Shown: in pieces, positions 30,257 to 39,667 of the stretch
Layout: each line of letters starts with the position of its first letter
Position numbering within the stretch: the stretch's first letter is position 1
Assembly (NCBI GenBank): GCA_965203805.1
Contig: OZ241917.1
Span: forward strand, 5,536,001 to 5,600,000
Source of the DNA: Candidatus Latescibacterota bacterium
GTDB taxonomy: Bacteria > Latescibacterota > UBA2968 > GCA-2709665
Direction of reading: 5' to 3'
DNA: 64,000 nucleotides
Made by a program: the position numbers and the translations under genes
The notes under the pieces: generated by a model
Seen by the model: the letters and a program-made list of their open reading frames with translations, nothing else
What the model was told of the DNA's origin: nothing
Database searches by the model: none

Positions 30257-30431
30257 TTATTACCAGGAGAAGTAAATGGTGGCCAGTGGTCAGTTAAAGG
30301 CGGTGAGAGGGTAGACGTTAGACGTGAGATGATATGATTGCGCCGTGCGGTTTCATTGCTTGCCAAAGGCATATAGGAACATCCAGTCAGGCAATGACGT
30401 CTTCTACCGTCTCCCGTCTCCCGTCTCACCG
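30257..30431. repeat. Dispersed repeat with heptamer tandem units and an inverted-repeat module
   Basis: TTATTACCAGGAGAAGTAAATGGTGG is nearly identical to the reverse complement of 45922-45947; (CCGTCTC)x3; CGGTGAGA/TCTCACCG arms. Confidence 0.65.
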
Positions 30432-30485
30432 ATTTCAGGCGCCGGCATTGATCGACGGGCCGGGCGCCAAGTGTCCGCGGGCGCT

Positions 30486-32120
30486 TCAGATCCCTTTTTC
30501 CTTGCCCCGTATTCTGGGATCGAGGGTGGCGAGAAGTTGGTTATCCTCGGTGATTTCGATGGCCCGGACGTCTGCGGCCGCACTCCCCCTGCCCAGCGTG
30601 TATTTGATTTCCGACTTCAGGTAATCGGGCGCGATTTCTCCAAAACCCTCTTCAACGGCAACCCATTCGTTGCCCTCGGAGTGCACCCTTGGCGCGCTGA
30701 CCGCCCAGTCGAGGTCCTCGTCCAGCACCAGTCGCCTTGCGAGCACCTGAAACAGCGAGGACGGAATGCGGGTTCCTCCCGACGCGCCGAGTGTCATCAC
30801 CGGCTCCCCGTCGCCGAGGATGAGCATGGGGCACATGTTGTTGACGGGCGACTTGCCCGCGTCCACCGAATTGGGCAGTCCCGAGCCGGGATCGAAACGG
30901 GACATGCCGGCGTTCAAGATCAGCCCCATTCTGGGCACGGTGACAAACGAACCGAAACCAGGACCGTGGGTCAGGGTCAGGGAAGCCATATTCCGGTCGC
31001 GGTCCACGACAGAGATGTGGGTTGTGCCGCCGTACGAAAGCGGGCGCATCAGTGCCTGCCCGCGCGTTCCCTCCGATACGTGCTCCGCGATTTCGCGCCC
31101 CGTTGCCCCGATCTGGACATCGGAGGTCAGGGTTTCGAGGGGTACTTTGACGAACGCGGGGTCGCCGAAATATCGGTAGCGGTCCAGCCATGCGGCGCGG
31201 ATGGTTTCGGTCAGGCCGTGGGCGAGGCGCGCGGCGTCGCGCGCCCAGAGATCCAGTTCGGCCACTTCCGCAACGCGGCACATCTGCAGTACCGTTAGGC
31301 CGCTGGAACACAGTGGCGCGGTGTACAGATCGTAACCGAGACAGGAGGCGCGGACGGGTTCGACATGGCGGGCTTTGAAGTCCGAGAAGTCGTCTTCCGT
31401 CAGTATGCCGCCGTTTTCCCGTATATACTTGACAATTCTACCCGCGATTCTTCCCCGGTAAAATTCATCGACGCCGTTTTTCGCGACCTGCTCGAGGATC
31501 CGGCCCAGATTCGGATTGGCAGCCCTGTCCCTGGTGGTGGGCAACGAACCGTCGACCAGCAGCAGTCGTTCGGTATCGCGGGACGCGCGGATGCGTTTTT
31601 CGTTCGCCGCGACGGCGTCTGCGTAATCGGGTGAAACCCGGAAGCCGTTCTTGCATGCCCGAATGGCGGGAGCAAGCGCCTGATCCAGCGGAATTTTCCC
31701 GTATTTTTCGAGTGCCGCAGCCAGTCCGGCGAGTACGCCGGGAACGGAGACCGCGAGGCAGCCGATCTCGTTGGCGCGGTTCCTGACCAGCGACCCGAAG
31801 CGCCCGTCGGAGCGGACAACCTGGAACATCCTTCCGGTGGCGTCCCCGGGCGCGACTGTGTTGAAGTCGATGCACCCGACTTCACCGTTCAAATAGACCA
31901 TGAGGGCCCCGCCGTAGCCGCCGATACCGGCGTGGTGCGGCGTCACCACGCAGGCGAGCAGGGCCGCCGTGACGGCTGCATCAACCGCATTGCCTCCTTT
32001 TTTCAATATGTTGACGGCCGCGGCATCGGCTTCCGGCTGCCCGACGACAGCGGCTTCCTCAAACGTGGCTGACACTGATGACGGCCCTCCTTTATTCGCT
32101 CGAAATTCACTTATAGACAT
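30486..32120 (-). CDS. ggt: Gamma-glutamyltransferase family protein
   Basis: ILKKGGNAVDAAV, GIGG.G, VPG, the autocleavage Thr in TTHISVVD, and GASGG.RI. Confidence 0.92.
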   Translation of the reverse strand: MSISEFRANKGGPSSVSATFEEAAVVGQPEADAAAVNILKKGGNAVDAAVTAALLACVVTPHHAGIGGYGGALMVYLNGEVGCIDFNTVAPGDATGRMFQVVRSDGRFGSLVRNRANEIGCLAVSVPGVLAGLAAALEKYGKIPLDQALAPAIRACKNGFRVSPDYADAVAANEKRIRASRDTERLLLVDGSLPTTRDRAANPNLGRILEQVAKNGVDEFYRGRIAGRIVKYIRENGGILTEDDFSDFKARHVEPVRASCLGYDLYTAPLCSSGLTVLQMCRVAEVAELDLWARDAARLAHGLTETIRAAWLDRYRYFGDPAFVKVPLETLTSDVQIGATGREIAEHVSEGTRGQALMRPLSYGGTTHISVVDRDRNMASLTLTHGPGFGSFVTVPRMGLILNAGMSRFDPGSGLPNSVDAGKSPVNNMCPMLILGDGEPVMTLGASGGTRIPSSLFQVLARRLVLDEDLDWAVSAPRVHSEGNEWVAVEEGFGEIAPDYLKSEIKYTLGRGSAAADVRAIEITEDNQLLATLDPRIRGKEKGI

Positions 32121-32176
32121 GCTCGATACAACCCGGGCGAAAGGGCGCCAGGGTCTACGGCGCGAGACAGGGTTCG

Positions 32177-32205
32177 ATAATATAAGCCTGCCCTGTGCAG
32201 GTCAA
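32177..32205 (-). promoter_or_regulatory. Sigma70-type promoter for ggt
   Basis: TTGACC-N17-TATTAT on the minus strand. Confidence 0.55.
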
Positions 32206-32243
32206 GGGTTTTTTTATCATCCGGCGTTTTTCGGTGGACCCGC

Positions 32244-34403
32244 TTACGCGGTAACGTAGATGGGACTCGTCCAGGCTTTGGCGCCATCGGTCTGGGTGAC
32301 CCGGACCCAGTAGGGATTGCAGCCGTCCGGGAGTTCGGACTCCCGCCAGGTGAAGGCGGTTTCCAGTCCGGCGTTTGCCGGCGCCTGCTCGAAGACAACG
32401 GCGATATCGATTCCGCCCGCGGGAATCCGGACGGGCCCTTCCGCGATTTCCCCGAAGGTGACGGTATGGGACACAATATTCGTCCGGAAGTCGATGGCTG
32501 TCCCCGTCGGCCCTTCGACGGTGAGGATCACACCGTCGGCATCACCCGTGGTGACGGATTTCCAGGTCACGGAGCGGTCGGAGACCGTCTTTATCCCCTC
32601 AGAGGCCGAATCGAAGGCGTATCCTTCGGCGTCGCGTATCCGGCCCTGCGTAAGGGTTAGGCCGCCGTCCCAGCGAACCAGGCGGTTTCGCGCGCGGATG
32701 CGCTGCCCCGACCAGGAAATGCGGATTCGGTCTCGTGACCGGGGGACGTTCCTGGGGTATTGGTATACGCGCGTCAGGCCTCTGAATATCTCCACGCGTT
32801 CGATGGGCGCCGTGCCGATCACGTCGACCGCGATTTCCGGCGGCCCCGCCGCTTTCAGGTCCGAGCCCATCGGGTGGCCGTCGGCGGTGACGTTCACGAG
32901 GATTCGCTGGCCCGTGGTGCCGTAACAGCGCCGGGCCTTCAGCGCCTGCCACAGCCCGCCCCGGCTGAGTTCGGTGGCGAAAACGCATGTGAGACCACCG
33001 TACACGCCGAAGGAACCGCTGCCGGGGTACGCGGCGCCGGGCCGGCCCTTGTGGTCGTCGCTTCCGGCAGTGAACCCGACCCGACAGCCGTTTTCGAGGG
33101 CCCACCTGAGGAACCATTCGAATTCCCCCCATTCCGAGTAGACCTCCACCAGTCGCTCGAGTTCGGGGTCGTGCCAGTCCAGATTGGCGTAGCGGCCGCC
33201 CACGTGCGGCACGAGCAGGACGTCGCTTCCCTTCATCGCCCTGTAAAGGTCCGTGACGTGCAGGCAATCCGTGTGGGCGTCGGATTCGTCCGGTATGAGG
33301 ACGTGGCTGGAGCGGTGCAGGGGTCCGGCGTCTCCGGGATAATACACGTTGTGATCGCCGCCCACCGGCGTGTTTCCGGACCATTCGTACCCGACGAACG
33401 CGACAAACCGTCCGGGATCGTTCTGCGTATTGGCCTGACGTTTGATTTCCTCCCAGACGGCTTCGGTGATCTGAAAATCATTCCCCTGATGTCCTGCGAA
33501 GTCGACGAAGGCCGACTCCCGCGCGAAGCGAAAGTACGACGATACCGGATTGGTTCCCACGGTTTCTTCGCTCTGTCCGTGCAGGTCGCCCCAGAATGGA
33601 CGGGTATCCGTGCCGCTTTCGACGCACCGCAGCGGATTGCTTACGGTTTTCAGGCCCAGACGCCTGTCGGAAACGCCGATGCGAAAGATGCCGCATCCGG
33701 GGGCGCGGACGTCGTCGAACCGGCGGGTTCCCCGATCTTCCGGGCAGAAGCTGAATGTCTCAGGGAGCCCGGAAAGGCCGCCGGCATCCACCGCGACTTC
33801 GCCGGTGTAGTCCCGGCACGGGTTCCCCCACACGTCCTCCGCCTTTATTCCCACCCAGGCGGATTCGCCGGGCGCGGTTTCCGAGGCGCAGACCGCGACA
33901 AGCTTGCGGGGGGCGCCGCTGACGATCGGTACGGCGGGCGAAGGCACTTCCACGTAGACCCAGGCGCCGCACCAGTCGACGGCTACGCGGAATTCAAACC
34001 GGTCCTTGCAGAAGGTCTGCGCGCGAATTCCCGGCGACCCGCCCGATGTGTCTCCCAGGATAAGGGTGACCGTGTCGCCTTCGGCAAGCGAGTCGTCGAA
34101 GACGTCGATGGTGACGCACCGGCGCCACGGCCGCACGTAGCGCTGCTTTTCGAAGGCGGGGCGGAGCGACGCGGGTCCCGTGGTGGATACCGAGGCGTAC
34201 CCCGGCGCGGCCGGATCGTCGAACCGGGGCGCCTCCCAGTCGCTGACGTCGCGCCACGCGATCTTAATGACGCCGCCGTCATCCACGCCGTATCGGCCGG
34301 CGTGATAGACGATACGCCACGTGCCGGTTGCGCCGGCCGTCACCGGGCGGTCCGGGTAAATTTCCGCCCACCCGTAACGTTCGCGAATTTCCGCTTCGCC
34401 CAT
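32244..34403 (-). CDS. DUF3604-like PHP-fold metallohydrolase
   Basis: WGDLHGQS, GYEWS...GGDHNV, GSDDH.GRPG, RRCYGTTG and AWTSPI motifs. Confidence 0.75.
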   Translation of the reverse strand: MGEAEIRERYGWAEIYPDRPVTAGATGTWRIVYHAGRYGVDDGGVIKIAWRDVSDWEAPRFDDPAAPGYASVSTTGPASLRPAFEKQRYVRPWRRCVTIDVFDDSLAEGDTVTLILGDTSGGSPGIRAQTFCKDRFEFRVAVDWCGAWVYVEVPSPAVPIVSGAPRKLVAVCASETAPGESAWVGIKAEDVWGNPCRDYTGEVAVDAGGLSGLPETFSFCPEDRGTRRFDDVRAPGCGIFRIGVSDRRLGLKTVSNPLRCVESGTDTRPFWGDLHGQSEETVGTNPVSSYFRFARESAFVDFAGHQGNDFQITEAVWEEIKRQANTQNDPGRFVAFVGYEWSGNTPVGGDHNVYYPGDAGPLHRSSHVLIPDESDAHTDCLHVTDLYRAMKGSDVLLVPHVGGRYANLDWHDPELERLVEVYSEWGEFEWFLRWALENGCRVGFTAGSDDHKGRPGAAYPGSGSFGVYGGLTCVFATELSRGGLWQALKARRCYGTTGQRILVNVTADGHPMGSDLKAAGPPEIAVDVIGTAPIERVEIFRGLTRVYQYPRNVPRSRDRIRISWSGQRIRARNRLVRWDGGLTLTQGRIRDAEGYAFDSASEGIKTVSDRSVTWKSVTTGDADGVILTVEGPTGTAIDFRTNIVSHTVTFGEIAEGPVRIPAGGIDIAVVFEQAPANAGLETAFTWRESELPDGCNPYWVRVTQTDGAKAWTSPIYVTA

Positions 34404-34707
34404 TTCTGTTTTCCTTCGGGAACCCTCCCGATGCGGTTGCCGGGCGGTCCGTTCGCCGGGCGCTCCTCACGGGTTGTCGCACGTCCCCGGGAAGCCTTCG
34501 ACGGCCACGGAGATGCGCCCGGTGGCGAATCAAGATATGGCTTATTCAAAGGGGAACAAGAGAAATCAGGGCCGGGTTTCACGCGCCTGTTCCGCTTGAC
34601 CCGTATCGGCTTTCGGGTTAACTTTCAGCAGATTGCGTCGATGGTGGTACCATCCCTTCCGTCCGTCTTCATCCGTGTCCGAGTTGCCCGGCACGTGGTC
34701 ACAGCCG

Positions 34708-34992
34708 ATGTCCGAAACCCTTCCCGTGGTCAGGCTGCTGTCCAGGAACGACTGCCATCTGTGCGACGTCGCGAAAGGGCGCATCGAGTCGGCCGGAAGG
34801 CGTGTCCGGTTTCGGCTGGAGATCGTCGACATCGACAGCGATCCTGATCTGGCCGCGCGATACGGGGAACGGATTCCCGTCGTACACGTGAACGGTGAAG
34901 AGATGTTCGCTTACCGCGTCAACGAACGGGTCCTGGTGCGAAAGCTGAAGTCGCTGTCGGCCCGGCCGAGGAGAAGCTATGGGTGGGAATGA
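34708..34992 (+). CDS. Glutaredoxin-like protein (DUF836)
   Basis: CHLC motif and VDID.D..L..RYG.RIPV. Confidence 0.88.
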   Translation: MSETLPVVRLLSRNDCHLCDVAKGRIESAGRRVRFRLEIVDIDSDPDLAARYGERIPVVHVNGEEMFAYRVNERVLVRKLKSLSARPRRSYGWE

Positions 34993-36313
34993 TCTGTTCG
35001 CCGGGCTCGAACCGGAGGCGCCGCTTGCGGACCGGATGAGGCCGCGCAGCCTGGATGAGGTCCGCGGGCAGGATCATCTCACGGCGGCGGCGGCGCCGTT
35101 TCGCAAGCTGATCGAAGGCGACCGGGCGCCGTCGATGATCTTCTGGGGACCGCCCGGATCGGGAAAGACCACGCTCGCGCGTCTCGTGGCCGACTCCACG
35201 AAGAGCCGGTTCGCGGCGTTCAGCGCGGTTACCTCCGGGGTGAAAGAGGTTAGGGAAATCGTTGCCCGCGCAAAGGGGGACCGCAGGACGGGGAGGCGGA
35301 CCACCCTGTTCATCGACGAGATTCACCGGTTCAATCGGGCGCAACAGGACGCGTTTCTGCCGCATGTCGAAGACGGTACCATCAGTCTGATCGGAGCCAC
35401 GACTGAAAACCCTTCGTTCGAGGTGAACGCGGCATTGCTTTCGCGCACGCAGGTGTTCGTTCTGAATCTGCTGGACGTCCCGGCAATATGCGATATCCTG
35501 GACGCCGCGCTTGCCGGCGACGGGCGCGGGCTGCCGGACGTCAGCGCCGACTCCGATGCCCTCGAGGCGATTGCGGGCGCGGCGGAGGGAGACGCCCGAC
35601 GCGCGCTGAACGTCCTGGAAATGGCCTCGGCGTCCCTGGGCCCGGGCGAACGGTTGACCGCGGAGTCCGTCCGGGCGGCGATGGGCGGCAAGGCGTTTCT
35701 GTACGACAAGAGCGGCGAGGAACACTACAATCTGATTTCGGCGCTTCACAAGAGCCTGAGGGACAGCGATCCGCACGCGTCGCTGTATTGGCTGGCACGC
35801 ATGATGGAAGCGGGCGAACACCCTCACTACATCCTCCGTCGCATGGTCCGGTTCGCGTCCGAAGACATCGGCAACGCCGACCCCCGGGCGCTTTCCGTTG
35901 CACTCGCCGCAAGGGACGCGTACGATTTTCTGGGCAGCCCGGAGGGCGATCTGGCCATTGCGCACGCAGCCGTCTATCTGGCCACCGCGGACAAGAGCAA
36001 CTCGGTCTACGCGGCCTACGGCGAAGCACGGAAGGATGTGATGGAACAGCCGAATCTGCCCGTGCCGATGCACCTCAGAAACGCACCGACGGGTCTGATG
36101 CAGGAATTGGGATACGGACAAGGCTATCAGTATGCGCATGACGATCCGGACGGATTCGCGGCGCAGAGCCATCTTCCGGAAAATCTGGAGGGTCGGGAAT
36201 ATTACCGGCCCACCGATCGGGGATACGAGCAGCGCATCAGGGAATTGATGGACTGGTGGGACGCATTGAGAGCGCGGAAGTCGCAGCTGGAGAGCAACCG
36301 GAACGACGATTGA
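34979..36313 (+). CDS. rarA: Replication-associated recombination protein A (MgsA)
   Basis: PLADRMRP, WGPPGSGKTT, DEIHRFN, GATTENP, ISALHKSLR.SD and VP.HLRNA. Confidence 0.96.
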   Translation: MGGNDLFAGLEPEAPLADRMRPRSLDEVRGQDHLTAAAAPFRKLIEGDRAPSMIFWGPPGSGKTTLARLVADSTKSRFAAFSAVTSGVKEVREIVARAKGDRRTGRRTTLFIDEIHRFNRAQQDAFLPHVEDGTISLIGATTENPSFEVNAALLSRTQVFVLNLLDVPAICDILDAALAGDGRGLPDVSADSDALEAIAGAAEGDARRALNVLEMASASLGPGERLTAESVRAAMGGKAFLYDKSGEEHYNLISALHKSLRDSDPHASLYWLARMMEAGEHPHYILRRMVRFASEDIGNADPRALSVALAARDAYDFLGSPEGDLAIAHAAVYLATADKSNSVYAAYGEARKDVMEQPNLPVPMHLRNAPTGLMQELGYGQGYQYAHDDPDGFAAQSHLPENLEGREYYRPTDRGYEQRIRELMDWWDALRARKSQLESNRNDD

Positions 36314-36442
36314 CGTTCCAGAAGTGCATCCGGGATTGTGTATAAGTTGGAGGCTGTCTCACGCAATATGAGCGCGCCGGGGGTGCTTGAGTTTTCCACG
36401 TTCCTGCGATTCATCTGAAAACGACGAGAAGGGAGGCGAAAT

Positions 36443-36496
36443 ATGAGGCTGACCGCGACATTTCACCCGACCTGTCCGCCTCCTGAGGGTTTCTGA
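36443..36496 (+). CDS. Putative 17-aa leader peptide MRLTATFHPTCPPPEGF
   Basis: GGGAGG RBS 6 nt before the ATG; followed by a terminator-like hairpin. Confidence 0.4.
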   Translation: MRLTATFHPTCPPPEGF

Positions 36497-36540
36497 CGGA
36501 TTCATAGCCGGTTATTTCGCAACTCGATTGCCTCTCCGGA

Positions 36541-36573
36541 GCCGCGGGCAGGGTTTTGTCCCGTGGTTTTTTT
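36541..36573 (+). terminator. Intrinsic terminator or attenuator hairpin upstream of the sigma-region-4 gene
   Basis: GCCGCGGG...CCCGTGGT stem followed by T7. Confidence 0.55.
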
Positions 36574-36622
36574 GTGCCCGCACGCGCGGTCTGCACGTAA
36601 CACGGAGGAGACGATCGAGCTT

Positions 36623-37015
36623 ATGTATCATCCGGATTTCTGGGAAGTACGGCTGGAACAGCGCGAACTGGAAGCGGTTCCCAACGAGGACGGCCTCTGG
36701 TTCGAGTCGCGGGAAGACAGGCGGCTGCGATACGTGCGGGAGGACCGGGTCGCGGCGGCGGCGTTGCGGATTCTCACCGCGGCGCCGGGTTGTCTGACGG
36801 AGAAACAGAGAGAGGCGACGCTGCTGTATTTCTGTCACGGGAAGACCCAGCGCGAAATCGCCGAGATTATGGGAATATCCAGGCGCGTGGTCAGCCAGCA
36901 CCTGTTCGGCATTACCCGCGGCGGGCGGAAAGTCGGTGGCGCGGTACGCAAACTGCGGAAATTCTGTGAGGATGAGGGGTTGGGATTCGGCGTCCGCGAA
37001 TCCGCATCGTCCTGA
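36623..37015 (+). CDS. Sigma70 region 4-like HTH protein
   Basis: LTEKQREA.LLYF..GKTQREIAEIMGISRRVVSQH; start position uncertain. Confidence 0.75.
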   Translation: MYHPDFWEVRLEQRELEAVPNEDGLWFESREDRRLRYVREDRVAAAALRILTAAPGCLTEKQREATLLYFCHGKTQREIAEIMGISRRVVSQHLFGITRGGRKVGGAVRKLRKFCEDEGLGFGVRESASS

Positions 37016-37030
37016 ACGTCGCCCGCATTG

Positions 37031-38233
37031 TCAGACCGCCCATTTTTTCATTTTATCTTCGTCGAGTTCAACGCCCAGCCCGGGCATTTCGAACGGTTCC
37101 AGCGTACCGTCCCGGTACCTGAACGGCGTCTTGCAGACGTCGTCCACCAGGAGGGCGGGCCCGACGAGGTCCGAGGGAACGGTAACGTTTTCGGAAGCGA
37201 CAGCGAGGTGCACGAATGCGGCGGTGCCGGGTCCCATCTCCACGGTGCTGCCCAGCAGCACGGGGATACCGGCGGCCTGCGCGACGTGGATCAGGCGCTG
37301 GCTGCGCAGGATGCCGCCGGCCTGGGAAGGGATCAGGTTGAAGACGTCCACCGCCCGGCGGCGTACGAGCGCCGTGGCGAAGCCATCGTCGAGATCCGCC
37401 ACGTGTTCGATAATCTGGACGGAGGTCTGTTTCCTGACGCGGGCCAGAGAACAGGCCGCTGCATCGGCGTTCCTGTTGATCCGTTCGGGGTGGTCGTTGG
37501 CCACGGCGCGATTCACCGCGACCACCGGGGTTTCGCATGCGTCGATGCCGGCGGCGGCCATATCCCGGATTTTTGCAATGGCCTCGTCCTCTTCCCAAGC
37601 GCCGCTGGCATCGGCCTTCAGATAGACGTCGGGGCCCGCCACCTCGCGGAAGCGCGCGATACGGTCCAGGTCGCGTGAGTGATCCTCGCCGACTTTCAGC
37701 TTGAATGCGCGAAGTCCCCGCGAGGCCATGCTCCGGATTTCCTCTTCAAGCGCGGCGAGTTCTTCGTGCAGCGAGAGGGCCCGCCGCATATAGGCGACCC
37801 AGCAGACGTCGACGCGTTCGTAGCGGCGCCCGCCCAGGAGTTCGAAAAGGGGGGCGCCGTAGTCTTTTCCGGCGAGGTCGAGCAGAGCGATCTCCACGCC
37901 GAACAGGATGAGACCCCGGAGTTCCGGGTGGATGCCCGCCGGCAGTTCCGCGGCGACACGTGCGTGCAACGCGTGGCGATCGGCGACGTCTTCGTCCTTC
38001 AACTCCCGCAAGAGGAAATCGCGCAGATCGGCGCCCGAGAGCGGGTTCATGCGGTCCGCAATGTCCGGGACTTCGCCCAGCCCGACGTGCTCCGTATCCG
38101 TGAAGAACTCCAGAATCTGATATCTGGATCGACTCAGGTCCTCGTCGGGTTGGAGGCCCCGCGGGTCTGCGGCATAGGTGGTGTAGATGCGCGGAACCGA
38201 GACTTCCCGCACGTGGATGTCGACGATCTTCAT
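37031..38233 (-). CDS. Mandelate racemase/muconate lactonizing enzyme (enolase superfamily)
   Basis: EIALLDLAGK...PLFELLGG, KLKVG and PGLGVELDE. Confidence 0.88.
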   Translation of the reverse strand: MKIVDIHVREVSVPRIYTTYAADPRGLQPDEDLSRSRYQILEFFTDTEHVGLGEVPDIADRMNPLSGADLRDFLLRELKDEDVADRHALHARVAAELPAGIHPELRGLILFGVEIALLDLAGKDYGAPLFELLGGRRYERVDVCWVAYMRRALSLHEELAALEEEIRSMASRGLRAFKLKVGEDHSRDLDRIARFREVAGPDVYLKADASGAWEEDEAIAKIRDMAAAGIDACETPVVAVNRAVANDHPERINRNADAAACSLARVRKQTSVQIIEHVADLDDGFATALVRRRAVDVFNLIPSQAGGILRSQRLIHVAQAAGIPVLLGSTVEMGPGTAAFVHLAVASENVTVPSDLVGPALLVDDVCKTPFRYRDGTLEPFEMPGLGVELDEDKMKKWAV

Positions 38234-38251
38234 GGATGCGTACCTCCCGGT

Positions 38252-38590
38252 TCATACAGGGCCGGTGACGCCGAGCTGATTTCGCGAATACGAGAGGAGG
38301 GCGGCCGTAATGATGCTGGCAATGAGCAGCACCCCCGCCGGCATCAGCTTTCGGGTCCTGATGAACCGGCTCAGCGAGATCCCGGTAAGCAGTAGGGAAA
38401 GCATCAGACCGATGAGTAAACCCGTTGCCGGATCGGTCTGCCCGGTCCACCAGGCGTAGAGCGCAACCAGGCCGCTGATGCCGCCCGCGGCGAGCGAGAC
38501 CGAACTGTCCGACTTGAGCTTGCCCATCATGCCGCCCGCGATCAGCAGGATGCCGTATAACGCCAGGACGGTTTGCGCGAGTTGAAGCAT
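38252..38590 (-). CDS. TMEM14 family membrane protein
   Basis: YGILLIAGG.MG....S..SL.AG and RFIRTRKLMPAG. Confidence 0.88.
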   Translation of the reverse strand: MLQLAQTVLALYGILLIAGGMMGKLKSDSSVSLAAGGISGLVALYAWWTGQTDPATGLLIGLMLSLLLTGISLSRFIRTRKLMPAGVLLIASIITAALLSYSRNQLGVTGPV

Positions 38591-38615
38591 GGGTACCTCC
38601 GGTGATGGTTGAGAT

Positions 38616-39620
38616 TCAGCCCGTGCGGTATTTTTCCACCGTCGCCATATCCAGCTTCACGCCGAGCCCCGGTGCTTCGGGCAGAATGAAGTGCCCGTCT
38701 TCTACGACCAGGGCGCCGTCCACGACGTCGGCCACGCGGGTGAACGGCAGTTCGTCGCATGGCAGGGTCGCGTTGGGTATGGTGGCCTGTACGTGCACGG
38801 AATAGGCCGCGAGGACCCCCAGGCACAACCCCCCCATCTGCACCCAGCAGGGCACGTCGTCGGCCTCCGCGAGGGAGGCGGCCTTCTTCACCTGCTGCGC
38901 CGGTCCCCCCAGGTTGACGTAGTCGATGCATTCGGCCTTCAGCGCGTTCAGTACCCCGCCCGGCGGCCCCAGGTGCAGCGCGATGGGGATATGTGTCTTT
39001 TCGCGCAGGAGGCGGTACCAGTCCAGGTTGTTCTTTCGCACGGGATCTTCGAAGTTGGCGACCGTCCCGAAGGGTTCCAGTTCGCCCGCCAGACGTGCGG
39101 CGACGCTGGGTCGCTGAAAGGCGGTATTGGGATCGACGCCGACGGTGTAATCGGGCCCGGCGGCGTCTTTCATGAGCCGGATCGTTTCCACGATGTTCCA
39201 CGGGCGCGCCTTGAGCTTGTGGTTGGTGAAGCCCAGACCGGCGCCGACCCCGGCTTCGGCCGCGGTCTCCTCGGGCTGCATGGCGCAGGACCAGTAGGAA
39301 ACGGGGATGCGGTCGCGGACCTTTTCGCCAAAGAATCGCCAGAGCGGGATGCCGTATGCCTGTCCGGCGACGTCCAGGAGCGCGCACGTGAAGGGATCGG
39401 GATGCGCGAACGGATCCTGGGAAAGGGCATCCTGCCCGGTGAGCGCGGCGGCTGCTTCCGCGAATTGCGCGGGTTCGCCCTGGCATTCGCCGATGCCCTC
39501 GATGCCGCCGTCGGTGTGGATGCGGCACAACGTGATGGAATAGATTTTGGGATGGTATCTTGCAATGGGCGGAACAGGCGGAATTTCCACTTCGAACAGG
39601 TCGACTTCGGTGATTTTCAC
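38616..39620 (-). CDS. Mandelate racemase/muconate lactonizing enzyme (enolase superfamily)
   Basis: HKLK, VDPN, FEDP and PGLGV motifs; AAAGGAGG RBS before GTG. Confidence 0.88.
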   Translation of the reverse strand: MKITEVDLFEVEIPPVPPIARYHPKIYSITLCRIHTDGGIEGIGECQGEPAQFAEAAAALTGQDALSQDPFAHPDPFTCALLDVAGQAYGIPLWRFFGEKVRDRIPVSYWSCAMQPEETAAEAGVGAGLGFTNHKLKARPWNIVETIRLMKDAAGPDYTVGVDPNTAFQRPSVAARLAGELEPFGTVANFEDPVRKNNLDWYRLLREKTHIPIALHLGPPGGVLNALKAECIDYVNLGGPAQQVKKAASLAEADDVPCWVQMGGLCLGVLAAYSVHVQATIPNATLPCDELPFTRVADVVDGALVVEDGHFILPEAPGLGVKLDMATVEKYRTG

Positions 39621-39667
39621 TGCGGGCCTCCTTTGAAACGCGCGAGCCGTCCATCGGTCTCTACGGG

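Noticed and set aside
32760-34847. Very long opposite-strand ORFs (695 aa here; also 47690-49435, 51468-53216, 53483-55060)
   Set aside because: Shadow ORFs of well-supported genes in GC-rich DNA.
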